Below are positions 30,350 to 41,627 of a stretch of DNA of 64,000 bases, in pieces; position 1 is the first letter of the stretch; every line of letters begins with the position of its first letter. This DNA comes from Wickerhamiella versatilis. Lineage: Eukaryota. The notes below the pieces were generated by a model. The model was not told where the DNA came from. It did not search any database and saw only the letters and a program-made list of their open reading frames with translations. Both the position numbers and the translations under genes were made by a program. The stretch spans positions 1,302,001 through 1,366,000 of the forward strand of contig JAQOWU010000008.1 in NCBI GenBank assembly GCA_030867685.1, read 5' to 3'.

Positions 30350-31543
30350 ATGTCGGCTGAAGCTGCAATAAGTTTCACATGTAATACTTGTGGCCTCGGG
30401 TTTAGGACCGCTGAATATCAGAGAGAGCATATGAAGACTGATTGGCACCGTTACAATCTAAAACGTCGGGTTGCTGATTTGCCGCCTATACCCTCTGACG
30501 TTTTCGCTGAAAAGATGGTCCAACAGCGCACACTACAGTTAGATCAATTGAAAAAAGATAGCAATAGGCGGCAAGTGACCAAAAAAGATTTGCGTCGGCA
30601 AGAGAAGCAACGTGCTCGCGAAGCAAATGCGCCCAGAACGAAATCTCCGTCAGTCGCTTCCCGAACTTCAAGCCTTACAAGTGCTGTATCAGGGTTTTCT
30701 TTAGACGATCCAGTTCAAGAGCTTCCCAGTGATATGGACTCAGATACGGAGGCGTTTTCGCATCCTCCCCAAATTCCTGAGGAGGAAGAGGAGGTTGGTG
30801 AGACAGGCGACGCTGTTGATGCTCTGCTCAAAGAAAAGCAGGCCACAATGGTTCAGATCCCACCTAATGTATGTTTCGTTGACGGTAAGAAATTCGAGTC
30901 AGTAGATGAAAATGTGAAATACCTGGAAAGACGCTACGGTATGGTTATTCCAGATCGCAAGTATTTGGTTGATCTCGAGGGTTTGATTGAGTACTTCAAT
31001 GAAAAGGTAGGCATTGGAAACTGCTGTCTTCATTGCACTTACATGGGTCGATCACTTGAGGCAGTTAGGTCGCATATGCTGGACAAGCAACACATTAAAA
31101 TTCCTTATGAATCAGACCAAGACAGAGATGAACTAATGGACTTCTATGACTATTCGGATACACAGGACGATGAAGGTTGGGAGGACCTTGGCGAAGATGA
31201 AGATGGTGATGCTGGTCCTGTAGTGAAGGAAGAGGATCTCAATTCTGAGGGTGACGTATTTGTTAATGGATACGAACTTGTTCTAGGTGACAGTGGGCGT
31301 ACTGCTGGACACAGATCGCTGCAGCGGTATTTCAAGCAGCGATTGATGCCTGTCAAGGAGCAGCCCAAAGGCCAGAAGGCTGTTCGACTTATTGACAACC
31401 GCTCACCCGGTATCGGGGAGAGGCAAGCTAACAATATGGTCAAGTCTGAGTGGAGAGAGAGACAAAGAATGCTTCGTGTCGAGGCTCGCGGTAGAAAACA
31501 GCAAAATTTCCAGAAGCATTACCGAGATGAACTCCTTCAGTAA
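30350..31543 (+). CDS. REH1: Pre-60S factor Reh1/Rei1 (C2H2 zinc fingers), 397 aa
   Basis: FTCNTC...QREHMKTDWHRYNLKRRVA, AGHRSLQRYFKQ, C-terminal NFQKHYRDELLQ. Lies between RPS29 and VAC14 like REH1; the sequence alone cannot separate REI1 from REH1. Confidence 0.85.
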   Translation: MSAEAAISFTCNTCGLGFRTAEYQREHMKTDWHRYNLKRRVADLPPIPSDVFAEKMVQQRTLQLDQLKKDSNRRQVTKKDLRRQEKQRAREANAPRTKSPSVASRTSSLTSAVSGFSLDDPVQELPSDMDSDTEAFSHPPQIPEEEEEVGETGDAVDALLKEKQATMVQIPPNVCFVDGKKFESVDENVKYLERRYGMVIPDRKYLVDLEGLIEYFNEKVGIGNCCLHCTYMGRSLEAVRSHMLDKQHIKIPYESDQDRDELMDFYDYSDTQDDEGWEDLGEDEDGDAGPVVKEEDLNSEGDVFVNGYELVLGDSGRTAGHRSLQRYFKQRLMPVKEQPKGQKAVRLIDNRSPGIGERQANNMVKSEWRERQRMLRVEARGRKQQNFQKHYRDELLQ

Positions 31544-32134
31544 GTTGCGAGATCAATCAGGTTTATTATTTCGTCACTATATTCATAGAGTATCGCTTTT
31601 TTTTTGTTATTAGTTGAGGTATTATCTATTTAATGGTTAGCATCTTTATAACATTTTTTGTTCAACGCTGATGGACATGCTTGAAATTATTTGTGCTAAT
31701 TAAGGTTCATACCTGTATGTAAGTGATCTTCACGTTTGCAACATTTATAAACATTTTAATTTCCTATCTCATGTATTGCAAAAGGCCCACAGTAATTGCG
31801 TTATCTCTTAACTTGTACTTTTCGCGTCAATGTCGTGTCTTAGCCTGAGAGAAAAGGCATAGCGGTTACATAATCACATAGTATAAGATACATTCACTTC
31901 CTACGTTAAAGCCCCTGAATATGACCGAATTTCTCTAGTCAATTACAGGATAATATAAAAAGTCAGTCTTTATTGCTCAAAACCTCTTCTGAAACCTCTT
32001 CCTGTACAAGATTTTAATAATTGAATCGGTGCAATACCACCCTAACCCGGATCTCGACGTATCGGGTTGGAAGACGCGTCGGGCTTACTTGATGATCTTA
32101 TAAAGACGCCCCCTTCGAAGATTCCGATCTAATT

Positions 32135-32329
32135 ATGTCGTTTGTGGATAAAATCCATAACAAAATTGAACATCGGAGGTTGATGAATCATTATGGAAAG
32201 AGGCGAAAAGATGCAATCCAGGCAACAAGACGGGAAGTAGCAGGTTATGACGTTGAGGATGATGGCGACTGCATCAATTACTCCAAGCCGGCAATGCCCC
32301 AAATGCTAAGGCGCCTCACACATATTTAA
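32135..32329 (+). CDS. Small basic hypothetical protein (64 aa)
   Basis: ATG ORF preceded by TATAAA (32099) and ACGCGT (32074); its stop is 4 bp from the VAC14 stop. Confidence 0.55.
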   Translation: MSFVDKIHNKIEHRRLMNHYGKRRKDAIQATRREVAGYDVEDDGDCINYSKPAMPQMLRRLTHI

Positions 32330-32333
32330 GTTA

Positions 32334-34509
32334 TTATTGTGATTGAGGAGGCAAATGAAGTTTACGAAAACCTTCTAGTAAGCCGTTCCAATCTACCTGA
32401 GCGCTTGGTGCTCGTAACTGACTTGCAGATTCTGGGGTGCTACTGCTGGGAAGTGGCAACTGTCCAATTGACACCACAGATTGCAAACGAGTATGTAAAA
32501 TCTTAAATGCTGAACTCTGTGGAAGAACCATCAATAGACCATAGAGTGTTTTGTAGAGATACGGATAATCCCTCGGCTCCAATAGATGCAAACGTAATGG
32601 CGCAAAAACAGGCCCCTCTATCAATTGAATCAGGCGATCGATCTGTACGAGGGTGCTAACCTTGACATCTAAGCTTGCTAGAATCTGAAGCACCGCGAAG
32701 GCGTGTTCGTAAGCCTCGGCCAAGAGACACAAAGCCAGTGCCGATACACTATTGCAACCCCATGCTTTAAATAGCTGCGTGAACAATGCAGCGCCTTGTG
32801 GTAGCCATAAGCTTTTGAGAGTCGAACGTAAGGGTGCCAGGTCAGGCACCATAATTAGAATATTCGTTAAGTTCTGAACCATGACGCTAGCGAAATCACG
32901 GTCTAAGTAGTCCTCCCGCAATATGTCTGCACTTACACGGTAAAACCGTTCGGGATTCAGAGAAGTTGCCAAGGACGAGCAAACCAGTTTACCTCTCACG
33001 GTCAAAAAATCCCGATTGCTTTCAAACTCTTTAAACAGTTGCCGCATGAAGTTTTCAAACTCAGAATCGGGAGCTGCACGGAGGACTTGTGAAAGCAAAT
33101 CTAGATCTTGAGATACGACTTCTTCACTGGAATCTGACAGAGGTCTTAATAGTACAACCAAGGTACTGCCAAAGAAATTAGCCAATCCAGCCTTCTGCAG
33201 GGTACCAAGCCAAACTAAAGCAGCCATCCTTGTTATCTTCGACTCGTTGTTGAACTGCAAAGTAAGTGCGTTGACGGTGGCTTCCTCGTCTATGTGATAA
33301 TTAGAAGACCCCAAACCGTTTAGAAATTGGCGCACATTTTCACTTAGGTGTTGTCCAACTGGGCGAACTTCAGGCGAAGACTCATCACTTAAAGCCGGTA
33401 AAAGAACAGAGACCAGGTGAGGCAAGTTGGATACTACGTCCTCTGGGCTGACAGTCAAAAAGACATCAAGCCATTCTAATACGACCAACTGGATTTCTTG
33501 ATGGCCACTGTCCAAGTTGTCAAGAAGTGTATTAAGGATTTTTGCATAATCAATTTGCATATCTTGTCCGACTTTATACAGACCATCCTTTGATGGTTCC
33601 GGTTCGTGCTTCAATGCAGCGATAACGCGAATTTCTTTAAGAAAGCTCGTCAAGGCTGAGCGTGTTAAAGCACGTACTTCTCGATTAGGATCACTCAGGA
33701 AATGCAGTAAACCCTCCAGAAATTCAGGGAGGAAAACCACTAACTCTAAATCCGGTATACTATCCAGGAGCATTATCCACTGAATCAAAAACATTCTGGT
33801 CGATGGATTTATCACGTATATACGTTCAACGAGCAATGGGATGAAACTTCGGAGGGAAAAGTGATTAGCATGCTGACCATCTGTAGTTTGATACTGTGGA
33901 CCATTGTCACCGTCTGGAGCCGTTGCCGCCTGAGGTGCGCTGGGCATTTCCCTTAGAACTTGAAAGGTATAGGTAGCAGCTTTCTCTGCAACAATATCCT
34001 TGATAAGATGATCCACCAGATCAGCACCATTCCGCACTCCTTCCTCGCTGTCCGCAATCAACTTGCTTAACACGTCAAAGATCTCATTAAAGTACTGCAG
34101 AATTTCGCCCTTCGCAACTTTAGCAACATTATAGAGGGATTCGCAAGCGTAATATCTCACACGTGAATCGGCATCTCCAAAACACGCTAGAATAGGTTGA
34201 ATGATATCATCTAAAAATGCGGGTAGTTCCTGTTGACCCAAGGCGATCGCAACGCCCGCTAGGCCAATAAGACCACCATTTCTATAGTTAGGATGTCGGA
34301 CGGCGTACGCAAAGTCCTGACATAGCTCGTTTATAACAGCTTGAATGTGGTCTCGGTCTCCTGACGCCAAGTCATCCCGAACGACTTGCTCCAGCTCTAG
34401 AGCTGCGAGCTTTCGCTTGTCATAGAGCCGTTCGGACAATGTCTTCTTCAGGTCACGGTCTGCGTTAGTTTTGTTCCCTCAACATTAAGGCTTTGGTATA
34501 CCTACCCAT
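32334..34509 (-). CDS. VAC14: PIKfyve/Fab1 scaffold Vac14; exons 34509-34506 and 34459-32334
   Basis: Splicing gives MDRDLKKTLSERLYDKRKLAALELE; RNGGLIGLA, RVRYYACESLYNVAK, QIDRLIQLIE, LYGLLMVLPQSSAF. Confidence 0.93.
34460..34505 (-). other. 46-nt spliceosomal intron in VAC14
   Basis: GTAGGT donor after ATGG, branch AACTAAC, acceptor GCAG; removal restores an ATG start in frame. Confidence 0.88.
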
Positions 34510-34683
34510 ATCCCTAGGTGCTGACCTCAGCAAGTTGCCTTCTCCATTACTTAGACAACCACTTATGACAAGATATTATAGGAATATAATGAGAAGCTAG
34601 ACTACATAGAGCTCTAATTCTAGAGCTTTTGCAACTCTTGCTGCGATAGTGATTATGCAGTACCACATTATGACTAATTGCAT

Positions 34684-37035
34684 ATGAACCACTCCCCGCG
34701 CAAAGGCAGTCTTCGTTTGCTCAAAGGTACAGCAAGTATAGCCAATTATCGAGTTCAAAAACATTCAGATCGATATTCGTCTGGTTCTACAAATATACAA
34801 AATACTCATGAGATTTTGGCACGTCCTGTGAAGGAAGAATTACAACGGTTACGAAGTGAGGCCTGCGAGTGGGCACTAGATAGGCAAGTTCTTCAGTCCG
34901 AAATAGGTTCAAATGAAGCAACAATTCAGGAATATCGAAAAAACTTGGAGAACTTGGAAGCTGAGAACAATAGACTTCGCCAGGAGGCCATTGATGTTCG
35001 ATTAGATGGGCAAGCGCAGGCAGCTATGGAACAAGAATTGGAAAGCTTGCGTGATGAATTGGGAGTGGTGTCCCATCAATTTGAAATCTACAGAGTGTCC
35101 ACTGGGAATGATATGGAGCACTTACAACTCGAGCTAACAGAGATTGAAGGTAGGTGGAAAGAGGCTGATAGCGAATGTAAGATGCTACATAGCAACCTCA
35201 AATCATGTGAGGAAAAAGTGGAGGAAAAGTCTGAGCATATAGAGAGGTTGGTCAACAGCCTAAGCCAGATGGAAGATGATCTTAAAATGGAAAGGCAGGA
35301 AAATGAAGATATGCAAGCCAGATTTCAAGTTAACGCAGATTCGAAAAACGCACAGTTGCTTGTTCTTGGGTCGAAAATTCGTACTCTAGATGAAGATGTA
35401 CAAGCACTGCAACAACAATTGTTGTTTGAACGTGATGAGCATGCTAGACTCCTGGGACAAGACTGCATGAACGATTTTCTGAAAATAGAGAAACTGGATA
35501 AGCACTATCAAGCAATCGTTGCAAACTTAGAATCCCAGATAAGTGGACTCGAACACAAATTGGACCATGAAAAAGATAATTCTGAAAAATCTAAGCATGA
35601 AGAGGATCGTATGAGAGCTTCAATGAGAGAAATGGAAATGCAGTTGGTAGACTATTCGAATGTCATAGAAAAACTTCGCATTGATATCTCGGAAAATGGA
35701 AAAAGATCGGCACTGGTATCGGCTCAAAACCAATTATCAGCAAAAGAGACCGAGAATCTTCGTAGCGATATCAAAACTTCTCATCAACAAATCATTAGCC
35801 TCACCAAAGAGCTGGAGTCTTGTCGCAGCTCTTTGGATGAGGCTCAATGTGCATATTCTAAAGCAAACTACGATGCTGCGATGTCGCGCGTCGAGCTTGA
35901 AAACTCAAGGATGACGATTTCTTCACTTGAGGGGCGTAATAGAGAAGTAGAAGCAGCATTAAGAACTCAAGCAGGGCTTGAGGCAGAAGCTGCCGCCAGA
36001 AGATGTGCAGAATTACAAAGGGATATTGGAGCGCTGCAAGAACTCCTCATTAATGAGTCTCAACAGAGAAGAAAGCTTCTACTAGAACTTCAGATCATAA
36101 AGGGTAACATTCGTGTTGTTACAAGGATTCGTCCAGGCAGTGATGCGACATCTCAGCTTGCTGCGAAAGGGAATACTATTGTGACTGGGCAGCATAGATT
36201 TTCTTTCGACCGTGTCTTTGGGCCAGATACAAGTAATGGTCAAGTTTATGATGAGATAGAGTATCTGGTAACAAGTGCTCTAGATGGCCGTCGCGTGTGC
36301 ATTTTCGCGTACGGTCAAACTGGGTCAGGGAAAACATATACAATGAGCTCCAAGGATGGCATTATTGAAAGATCACTGCAAACAGTTTGTAGTGTCAAGC
36401 AGGAGTCTACAGTGCTCACTGCGGAGTTTGTGGAGATATATAATGAAACTATTATTGATCTTTTGGCCTCTCAGAACTCTAATCAAACGCAAAAAATATG
36501 TATTCAAAGAAATTCGAATGGGGAACTCCAACTCGCTAAAAATACACGCGTACGTGTGACTAGCTGCGAACAGGCTTTAGCACTTATAGCTGAGGGCCAA
36601 AGAAGACGATCTGTCGCAGCCACCAAATGTAATGAGCGATCTTCCCGGTCACATAGTGTTTTCATTTTAAACATTGAGCAAAAAGATCCAATTACTGGAC
36701 AACAAGTCTCACGAGGGGCACTTACTTTGGTAGATTTGGCAGGAAGCGAAAGATTGACCCATAGTCAAGTTACAGGCGAAAGACTCCGAGAGACTCAAAA
36801 TATCAATAAAAGCTTGAGTTGCCTAGGAGATGTTATACATGCACTGGTCAAACGTCCCAGAACACATATACCCTTTCGAAACTCCAAACTGACTTTTTTG
36901 CTACAAGACTCATTAAGCGGTGACTCAATGGCAGTTATGCTCCTACATTTGGCACCAGAGCCACAGCATATGTCCGAGACAATATCAACGCTGCGTTTCG
37001 GATCCAAGGTGACCGCTGCCAAGTTAAAGCGTTGA
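34684..37035 (+). CDS. KAR3: Kinesin-14 minus-end motor Kar3 (783 aa)
   Basis: Long coiled coil then C-terminal motor: KGNIRV, IFAYGQTGSGKT, NERSSRSH, LVDLAGSER, HIPFRNSKLT. Confidence 0.9.
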   Translation: MNHSPRKGSLRLLKGTASIANYRVQKHSDRYSSGSTNIQNTHEILARPVKEELQRLRSEACEWALDRQVLQSEIGSNEATIQEYRKNLENLEAENNRLRQEAIDVRLDGQAQAAMEQELESLRDELGVVSHQFEIYRVSTGNDMEHLQLELTEIEGRWKEADSECKMLHSNLKSCEEKVEEKSEHIERLVNSLSQMEDDLKMERQENEDMQARFQVNADSKNAQLLVLGSKIRTLDEDVQALQQQLLFERDEHARLLGQDCMNDFLKIEKLDKHYQAIVANLESQISGLEHKLDHEKDNSEKSKHEEDRMRASMREMEMQLVDYSNVIEKLRIDISENGKRSALVSAQNQLSAKETENLRSDIKTSHQQIISLTKELESCRSSLDEAQCAYSKANYDAAMSRVELENSRMTISSLEGRNREVEAALRTQAGLEAEAAARRCAELQRDIGALQELLINESQQRRKLLLELQIIKGNIRVVTRIRPGSDATSQLAAKGNTIVTGQHRFSFDRVFGPDTSNGQVYDEIEYLVTSALDGRRVCIFAYGQTGSGKTYTMSSKDGIIERSLQTVCSVKQESTVLTAEFVEIYNETIIDLLASQNSNQTQKICIQRNSNGELQLAKNTRVRVTSCEQALALIAEGQRRRSVAATKCNERSSRSHSVFILNIEQKDPITGQQVSRGALTLVDLAGSERLTHSQVTGERLRETQNINKSLSCLGDVIHALVKRPRTHIPFRNSKLTFLLQDSLSGDSMAVMLLHLAPEPQHMSETISTLRFGSKVTAAKLKR

Positions 37036-37116
37036 AGTATTCAGTTGATACTTGGTATTCTTGCAAATATTTTAATCATAATAATCGATATATTTTGAAA
37101 TGCTATGTGGAATAAC

Positions 37117-39027
37117 TTATTGTGGGTGACAGCGATTATAACTTGGCCATGAGGTTTCTTGACTGCTCTGAACCCCTTTTTCTTCCTCGGAAGAAGACGA
37201 AATGATTACATTAGAATTCAAACGAGCAAATGATGATATTTTTCTTTCTAATATGTTAAGTCGATCAGAGACTTCGGTACCGAAATTTGCTAAAGCCGTA
37301 AGGTCATCATGGCAAACTCCTGGAGTATGAGAATTTGATACTTTGCTAGAAAGTGATTCAACTGCATTGAAAAGTGACTGATAATAACGGTAAAGATCAG
37401 CAATTTGATTAGGATAAGATTTACTATCAGCCTTGGGATCTTCACTGACAATATCGGCCCCAATGCCAGTAGATACGCCTCTTTGATTGGAGGAAGAATC
37501 TACGCTGTCCACAGAACTGTAGTTAAGATCTCCAAGTCGACGCTGATCTGGTGGAGCTTGATTCTTCTTACCTTCTTGACTTAGTTTTTCAACAGCCCTA
37601 GTAAGATCTAAAACCTTTTTTTCGGTGCGGCTTTGGTAGTTATCAAGCTTATCCTCGAGCAGCCCTAGTCGTCTTTCAAAGTCCATAGATGCATTTGATC
37701 CTGTACAATGTAGCTGTGAATCGTGACGAGAGGATGAAATAGAGCGTTCAACGGACTCTAAACGGCAAGTTATCCGCTCAAGGGCGTTGCGACCACTTTC
37801 CACAAGATTTCTGAACCTTTCGTTAACTAATTCCTCCGAAAATTTTACGGTTGTTTCAAAGTTTGCTCGAATTTGTTGTATTTCATCAAGGAAAACATTA
37901 GATTCTTTAGTATTCTCACGATTTACCTGGGGATTGTCAGATTCTTGGGTCAAAATATTAAGAGATTCTGAATCGGTTGTGTTACCCGAATCTACTGCTT
38001 CTCCTACAGGTATAGAAGTGATTCTGTCATTGGACTCGATACGCTTTTCTGAATTATTTGCTGCCTCTTTATCTGGTGGTGGTATCCATGAACCCCCAAA
38101 TTTTTCGGTCAATTCACGACAACGATTCGTAGACAGCACCTCAATAGATGATTTCACAGTAAGGTTGATAAATCCATTTTTGATAGAAAATTGAGCTCGC
38201 AAGAGAATAACCTGCCCTGGAAGCAAGTTTCGAGCTAGAGAAACCTTATTGTCATAGAAATGCAATGTGCAGCGATTTAAAGCGGAATTATCTCGAACAG
38301 CTTTCTTGTTGCACATTGACAAGAAATCCTGGACCACTATGTCTACATGCTGTGGTCCATAGTGCCGTACCTCAGATGATAAAAAGAGAGAAAAACTGCT
38401 TAGGCTCGGTTTATTTCCTTTATAGCAGTCCGAAAGAGGAACGAGCTCAGAAATCTCCGGAACACCTAATGTTTCCATGCCCCGAATATCACGTGGACTA
38501 TTTTGCGGCAACTTTAACCACTCATCGAAAGCAGACTCTACCCAGGAGCCGCTGGGAACCCCGCTGGGAGGTCTCTTATTCTCGGCATATACAACCATAG
38601 TTCCAGGCGTGGACCAAAAAAAAGAATTTCCCATTGGTTTCAACGCTGTGATAAGAACCATCATGTTAAGCTTTATAGATGCGGATTCTAACACAGGATA
38701 GCATTCGGACATATCTAGAAGGACTGAAACAGGATACGAATCTCCTACGAGAGAGAGTCGTAATCTCAGAGCTTTAACATCACGATTTTGCACCAAGAGG
38801 TTTTCAGGGAATACCTCATTACGAACTACTCCAGCTATTGCCTTTAGTTGGCCTCTCGAGCCTCCCAATAACATGCTTTGATCGATCACTACATGGTCAC
38901 GCGATGGTAGCTCATCCCGCTTCGTACGGACCCGCTTCGAAGGTTTTTTAGACTGATTAACATGTCCTTGCTTTGGTATGGTATAATTGCCGATGCCGCG
39001 CCCACCATTTGGTGGTGGGCGTTTCAT
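37117..39027 (-). CDS. Hypothetical 636-aa protein; possible Pot1-like OB folds followed by coiled coils
   Basis: Long ATG ORF with a beta-rich N-terminal half (VDIVVQDF, TLHFYD...ARNLLPGQVILLR). Confidence 0.7.
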   Translation of the reverse strand: MKRPPPNGGRGIGNYTIPKQGHVNQSKKPSKRVRTKRDELPSRDHVVIDQSMLLGGSRGQLKAIAGVVRNEVFPENLLVQNRDVKALRLRLSLVGDSYPVSVLLDMSECYPVLESASIKLNMMVLITALKPMGNSFFWSTPGTMVVYAENKRPPSGVPSGSWVESAFDEWLKLPQNSPRDIRGMETLGVPEISELVPLSDCYKGNKPSLSSFSLFLSSEVRHYGPQHVDIVVQDFLSMCNKKAVRDNSALNRCTLHFYDNKVSLARNLLPGQVILLRAQFSIKNGFINLTVKSSIEVLSTNRCRELTEKFGGSWIPPPDKEAANNSEKRIESNDRITSIPVGEAVDSGNTTDSESLNILTQESDNPQVNRENTKESNVFLDEIQQIRANFETTVKFSEELVNERFRNLVESGRNALERITCRLESVERSISSSRHDSQLHCTGSNASMDFERRLGLLEDKLDNYQSRTEKKVLDLTRAVEKLSQEGKKNQAPPDQRRLGDLNYSSVDSVDSSSNQRGVSTGIGADIVSEDPKADSKSYPNQIADLYRYYQSLFNAVESLSSKVSNSHTPGVCHDDLTALANFGTEVSDRLNILERKISSFARLNSNVIISSSSEEEKGVQSSQETSWPSYNRCHPQ

Positions 39028-39155
39028 GATAGTTCGTCTCGTCTGTCTCTGTCAGCTGCCAGTCTCTCCACATTCGGTTGCATGAAATAAAATATTTGAA
39101 CATTGCTGGGGTCGCGACACTAGCTATATACTCTTCATTTTAGTAGAATTCTTAA

Positions 39156-39953
39156 TTACTGCATAGGACAATTAGGCTCAGACCCATCAGAGAGCGAACC
39201 GATTAATTCGTCAGGAGGATTCCCACTTCGCTGCATGGCTTCCATTCGCTCTGCTATATACTGGCGACATTTTGAATCGGTATCACTATAATCGGCAGCC
39301 TCAAACTTAGCCACAATCTCAGACACAACTTTACTCTGGCCTCGGTATCTTTCAATCTCAGGGTCATCAGCATGTTTAACAAGAAAAGCGGGATATTTCT
39401 CATTAAGTTCACGAAGAGGCTCGTACAATATATCCTTTGATTGGAGCTCTTCCATCAGTCCAGCAAGTAACGAGTCGACATCGCCACCCGCGGTATTCTG
39501 TAGCTCACCCAGCATCTTTGACAGGAATTCATCAGAGTTTGGCTGATTCATGGAATTACCCTGCTCATTGAGTCTGTTCATTGTCTCATTAATAGTATCT
39601 TTAAAATCCTTTGAATCAGAAGATCTGCTTCCTGTGGGGTCGACCTTCCCTTGAAGGTCTGCCATTAGCGTCTCAAACGCCTTCTGGGCCTGGGGATCAT
39701 CATTCATCTCCTGCATTAACTGATCCATATCGGTTTGAAGTTTTTTAGAAAACTCTTCGTCTTGTGCTGCAGGCGGATCATCAAGCCGTAGATCAGAAAG
39801 AGGTGGTGGCTCGTCATCTTCTTTCAAGTTGCGTTCATATGTCTTTTCGTCTTTCTTATTTGCAGAACCAGGCGCCTGGCTCAATATCTTTTCATGAAGC
39901 TCAAAATCATCCAAAAGGTCGTCAAGATCATCGTGATTCGAGTCCGACCCCAT
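39156..39953 (-). CDS. PEX19: Peroxin Pex19 (265 aa)
   Basis: DDLDDLLDD N-terminus, SKDILYEPLREL..KYP, MQRSGNPP, CaaX CPMQ. ATG at 39953. Confidence 0.93.
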   Translation of the reverse strand: MGSDSNHDDLDDLLDDFELHEKILSQAPGSANKKDEKTYERNLKEDDEPPPLSDLRLDDPPAAQDEEFSKKLQTDMDQLMQEMNDDPQAQKAFETLMADLQGKVDPTGSRSSDSKDFKDTINETMNRLNEQGNSMNQPNSDEFLSKMLGELQNTAGGDVDSLLAGLMEELQSKDILYEPLRELNEKYPAFLVKHADDPEIERYRGQSKVVSEIVAKFEAADYSDTDSKCRQYIAERMEAMQRSGNPPDELIGSLSDGSEPNCPMQ

Positions 39954-40009
39954 TATAATAATTGTAAAGGTGGGGGGCAAGAACCAGCGCTGATTCAGCA
40001 GAAGTATCT

Positions 40010-40483
40010 ATGAGCAGTTTGTGCCTCACGCGCTTGCAACAGGAACGAAAAAACTGGAGAAAGGATCATCCGTTTGGCTTTTGGGCTAAACCAAAAAAAG
40101 GTGCTGATGGGGCTTTAAACCTCATGGAATGGTCAGTCGGTATTCCTGGTAAAGTGAATACTGACTGGGAGGGTGGAATTTATCCAGTCACAGTACGCTT
40201 CAGCCAGGAGTATCCCTCGAAGCCGCCAAAATGTCAATTTCCTGCAGGTTTTTATCACCCTAATGTTTACCCGTCGGGCACTGTTTGCCTAAGCATCCTT
40301 AATGAATCGGAAGATTGGCGACCTGCTTTGTCTGTGAAACAAATATGTCTCGGGATCCAGGAGCTACTAGATACCCCTAATCCAAAGTCTCCAGCGCAAA
40401 TGGACGCATATACGGAGTACATGAGGAATAAGGACAAGTACGCAAGAAGGGTCAAAGAACAAGCGAGACAATATACAGATTAA
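40010..40483 (+). CDS. UBC9: SUMO-conjugating enzyme Ubc9
   Basis: [33 protein letters not shown]. Confidence 0.97.
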   Translation: MSSLCLTRLQQERKNWRKDHPFGFWAKPKKGADGALNLMEWSVGIPGKVNTDWEGGIYPVTVRFSQEYPSKPPKCQFPAGFYHPNVYPSGTVCLSILNESEDWRPALSVKQICLGIQELLDTPNPKSPAQMDAYTEYMRNKDKYARRVKEQARQYTD

Positions 40484-40587
40484 AAAAAAATAAACGCTTT
40501 AATTTATGTCTATAATCCTTTAATATCTTCTAATATAAGAACGGGTATAGATAAGTTCTCATTGTCACATTACTTATCAAAGAGCTT

Positions 40588-41472
40588 ATGGACCGCACGG
40601 TGCTGTATCGGGAACTCGTTAAGCTTGTGAATCCAAGGGTAGAAGAAGGAGTGGCACCAGAAGTAAATAATGACGATCTTACGAACACATGCAAGGAAAT
40701 CGCTCACTCTGTACTGAAAGTAGGTGCGTATCTTGCGGATGTCAGGCCGCAGTATCTTGCGGTGTCTGGTAACGAGAAACAGCGCGATGATATAGACTTT
40801 GAGGTTAGCCGTGTCATTCAGATGGAGAAAAAAAAGATAAGGCAGTTGGAAATGATTGAAAACGAGCGGTTTGAAAAGTCGCAGGTCACAGGGTTCCGAA
40901 AAATGATCAGCGACCCTCGCATTCAGAAGGTAAATGAGACCCTACACGCACATCGTCAGGGAATATTTGTGTACTTGAATACTCAGCTCCAACGGGTCTC
41001 TGCTAGCCAAGCAGATGCTCAGCATGTGAGGCTCGCCCGACAAGTGCCACTGAAGGAGAGCTTCAATTCATCTTTAAAACCGTCCGCAAATGAGAAACCC
41101 ATTAGCCTTGAAGAGATTAAGGATGAGAACGAAAAAATACCGCAGGACGGTGAGCAGGATAGCGAGCAAATGCTGCTTCTTGCTGAGAATGACGAGCTGA
41201 TGACCGAATTGAATGAGACCCTAGAAAGGGCGAGGAAGGCTGAGCGATCTATTCGTGATGTTGCAGAATTGCAGGCAGAGTTATCTGCGCATCTTGAATC
41301 CCAAACTCAGACCATCAACCTGCTTGCCAGTGACGTGGAACAATCCACCGCAGATGTGGGGAGTGCAAATGAACAGCTTAAACGAGCCAAACAACGGAAC
41401 AAGCGCGCATCAAAGTTTATTGTATATGGATGTGTGGCCAGTGGTCTACTCTTGTTATTTTTTAATCGTTAA
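40588..41472 (+). CDS. UFE1: ER syntaxin Ufe1 (syntaxin-18-like)
   Basis: HRQGIFVYL motif, t-SNARE coiled coil, C-terminal TM anchor; next to HBS1/SKI7, as UFE1 is next to SKI7 in S. cerevisiae. Confidence 0.82.
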   Translation: MDRTVLYRELVKLVNPRVEEGVAPEVNNDDLTNTCKEIAHSVLKVGAYLADVRPQYLAVSGNEKQRDDIDFEVSRVIQMEKKKIRQLEMIENERFEKSQVTGFRKMISDPRIQKVNETLHAHRQGIFVYLNTQLQRVSASQADAQHVRLARQVPLKESFNSSLKPSANEKPISLEEIKDENEKIPQDGEQDSEQMLLLAENDELMTELNETLERARKAERSIRDVAELQAELSAHLESQTQTINLLASDVEQSTADVGSANEQLKRAKQRNKRASKFIVYGCVASGLLLLFFNR

Positions 41473-41627
41473 GAAACCCATAATTATAGGATAAGATAAG
41501 TCGAATTGCGGATAGCATTTAAAATATTTACTCGAAGAAAAAAGTGCACCTGATTTTGCTTGAGTGTTTTAGAGATTTCCCTTCTAAAAAACAGAGGACT
41601 AAGGATAATCTATGTTTAAACTTTATT

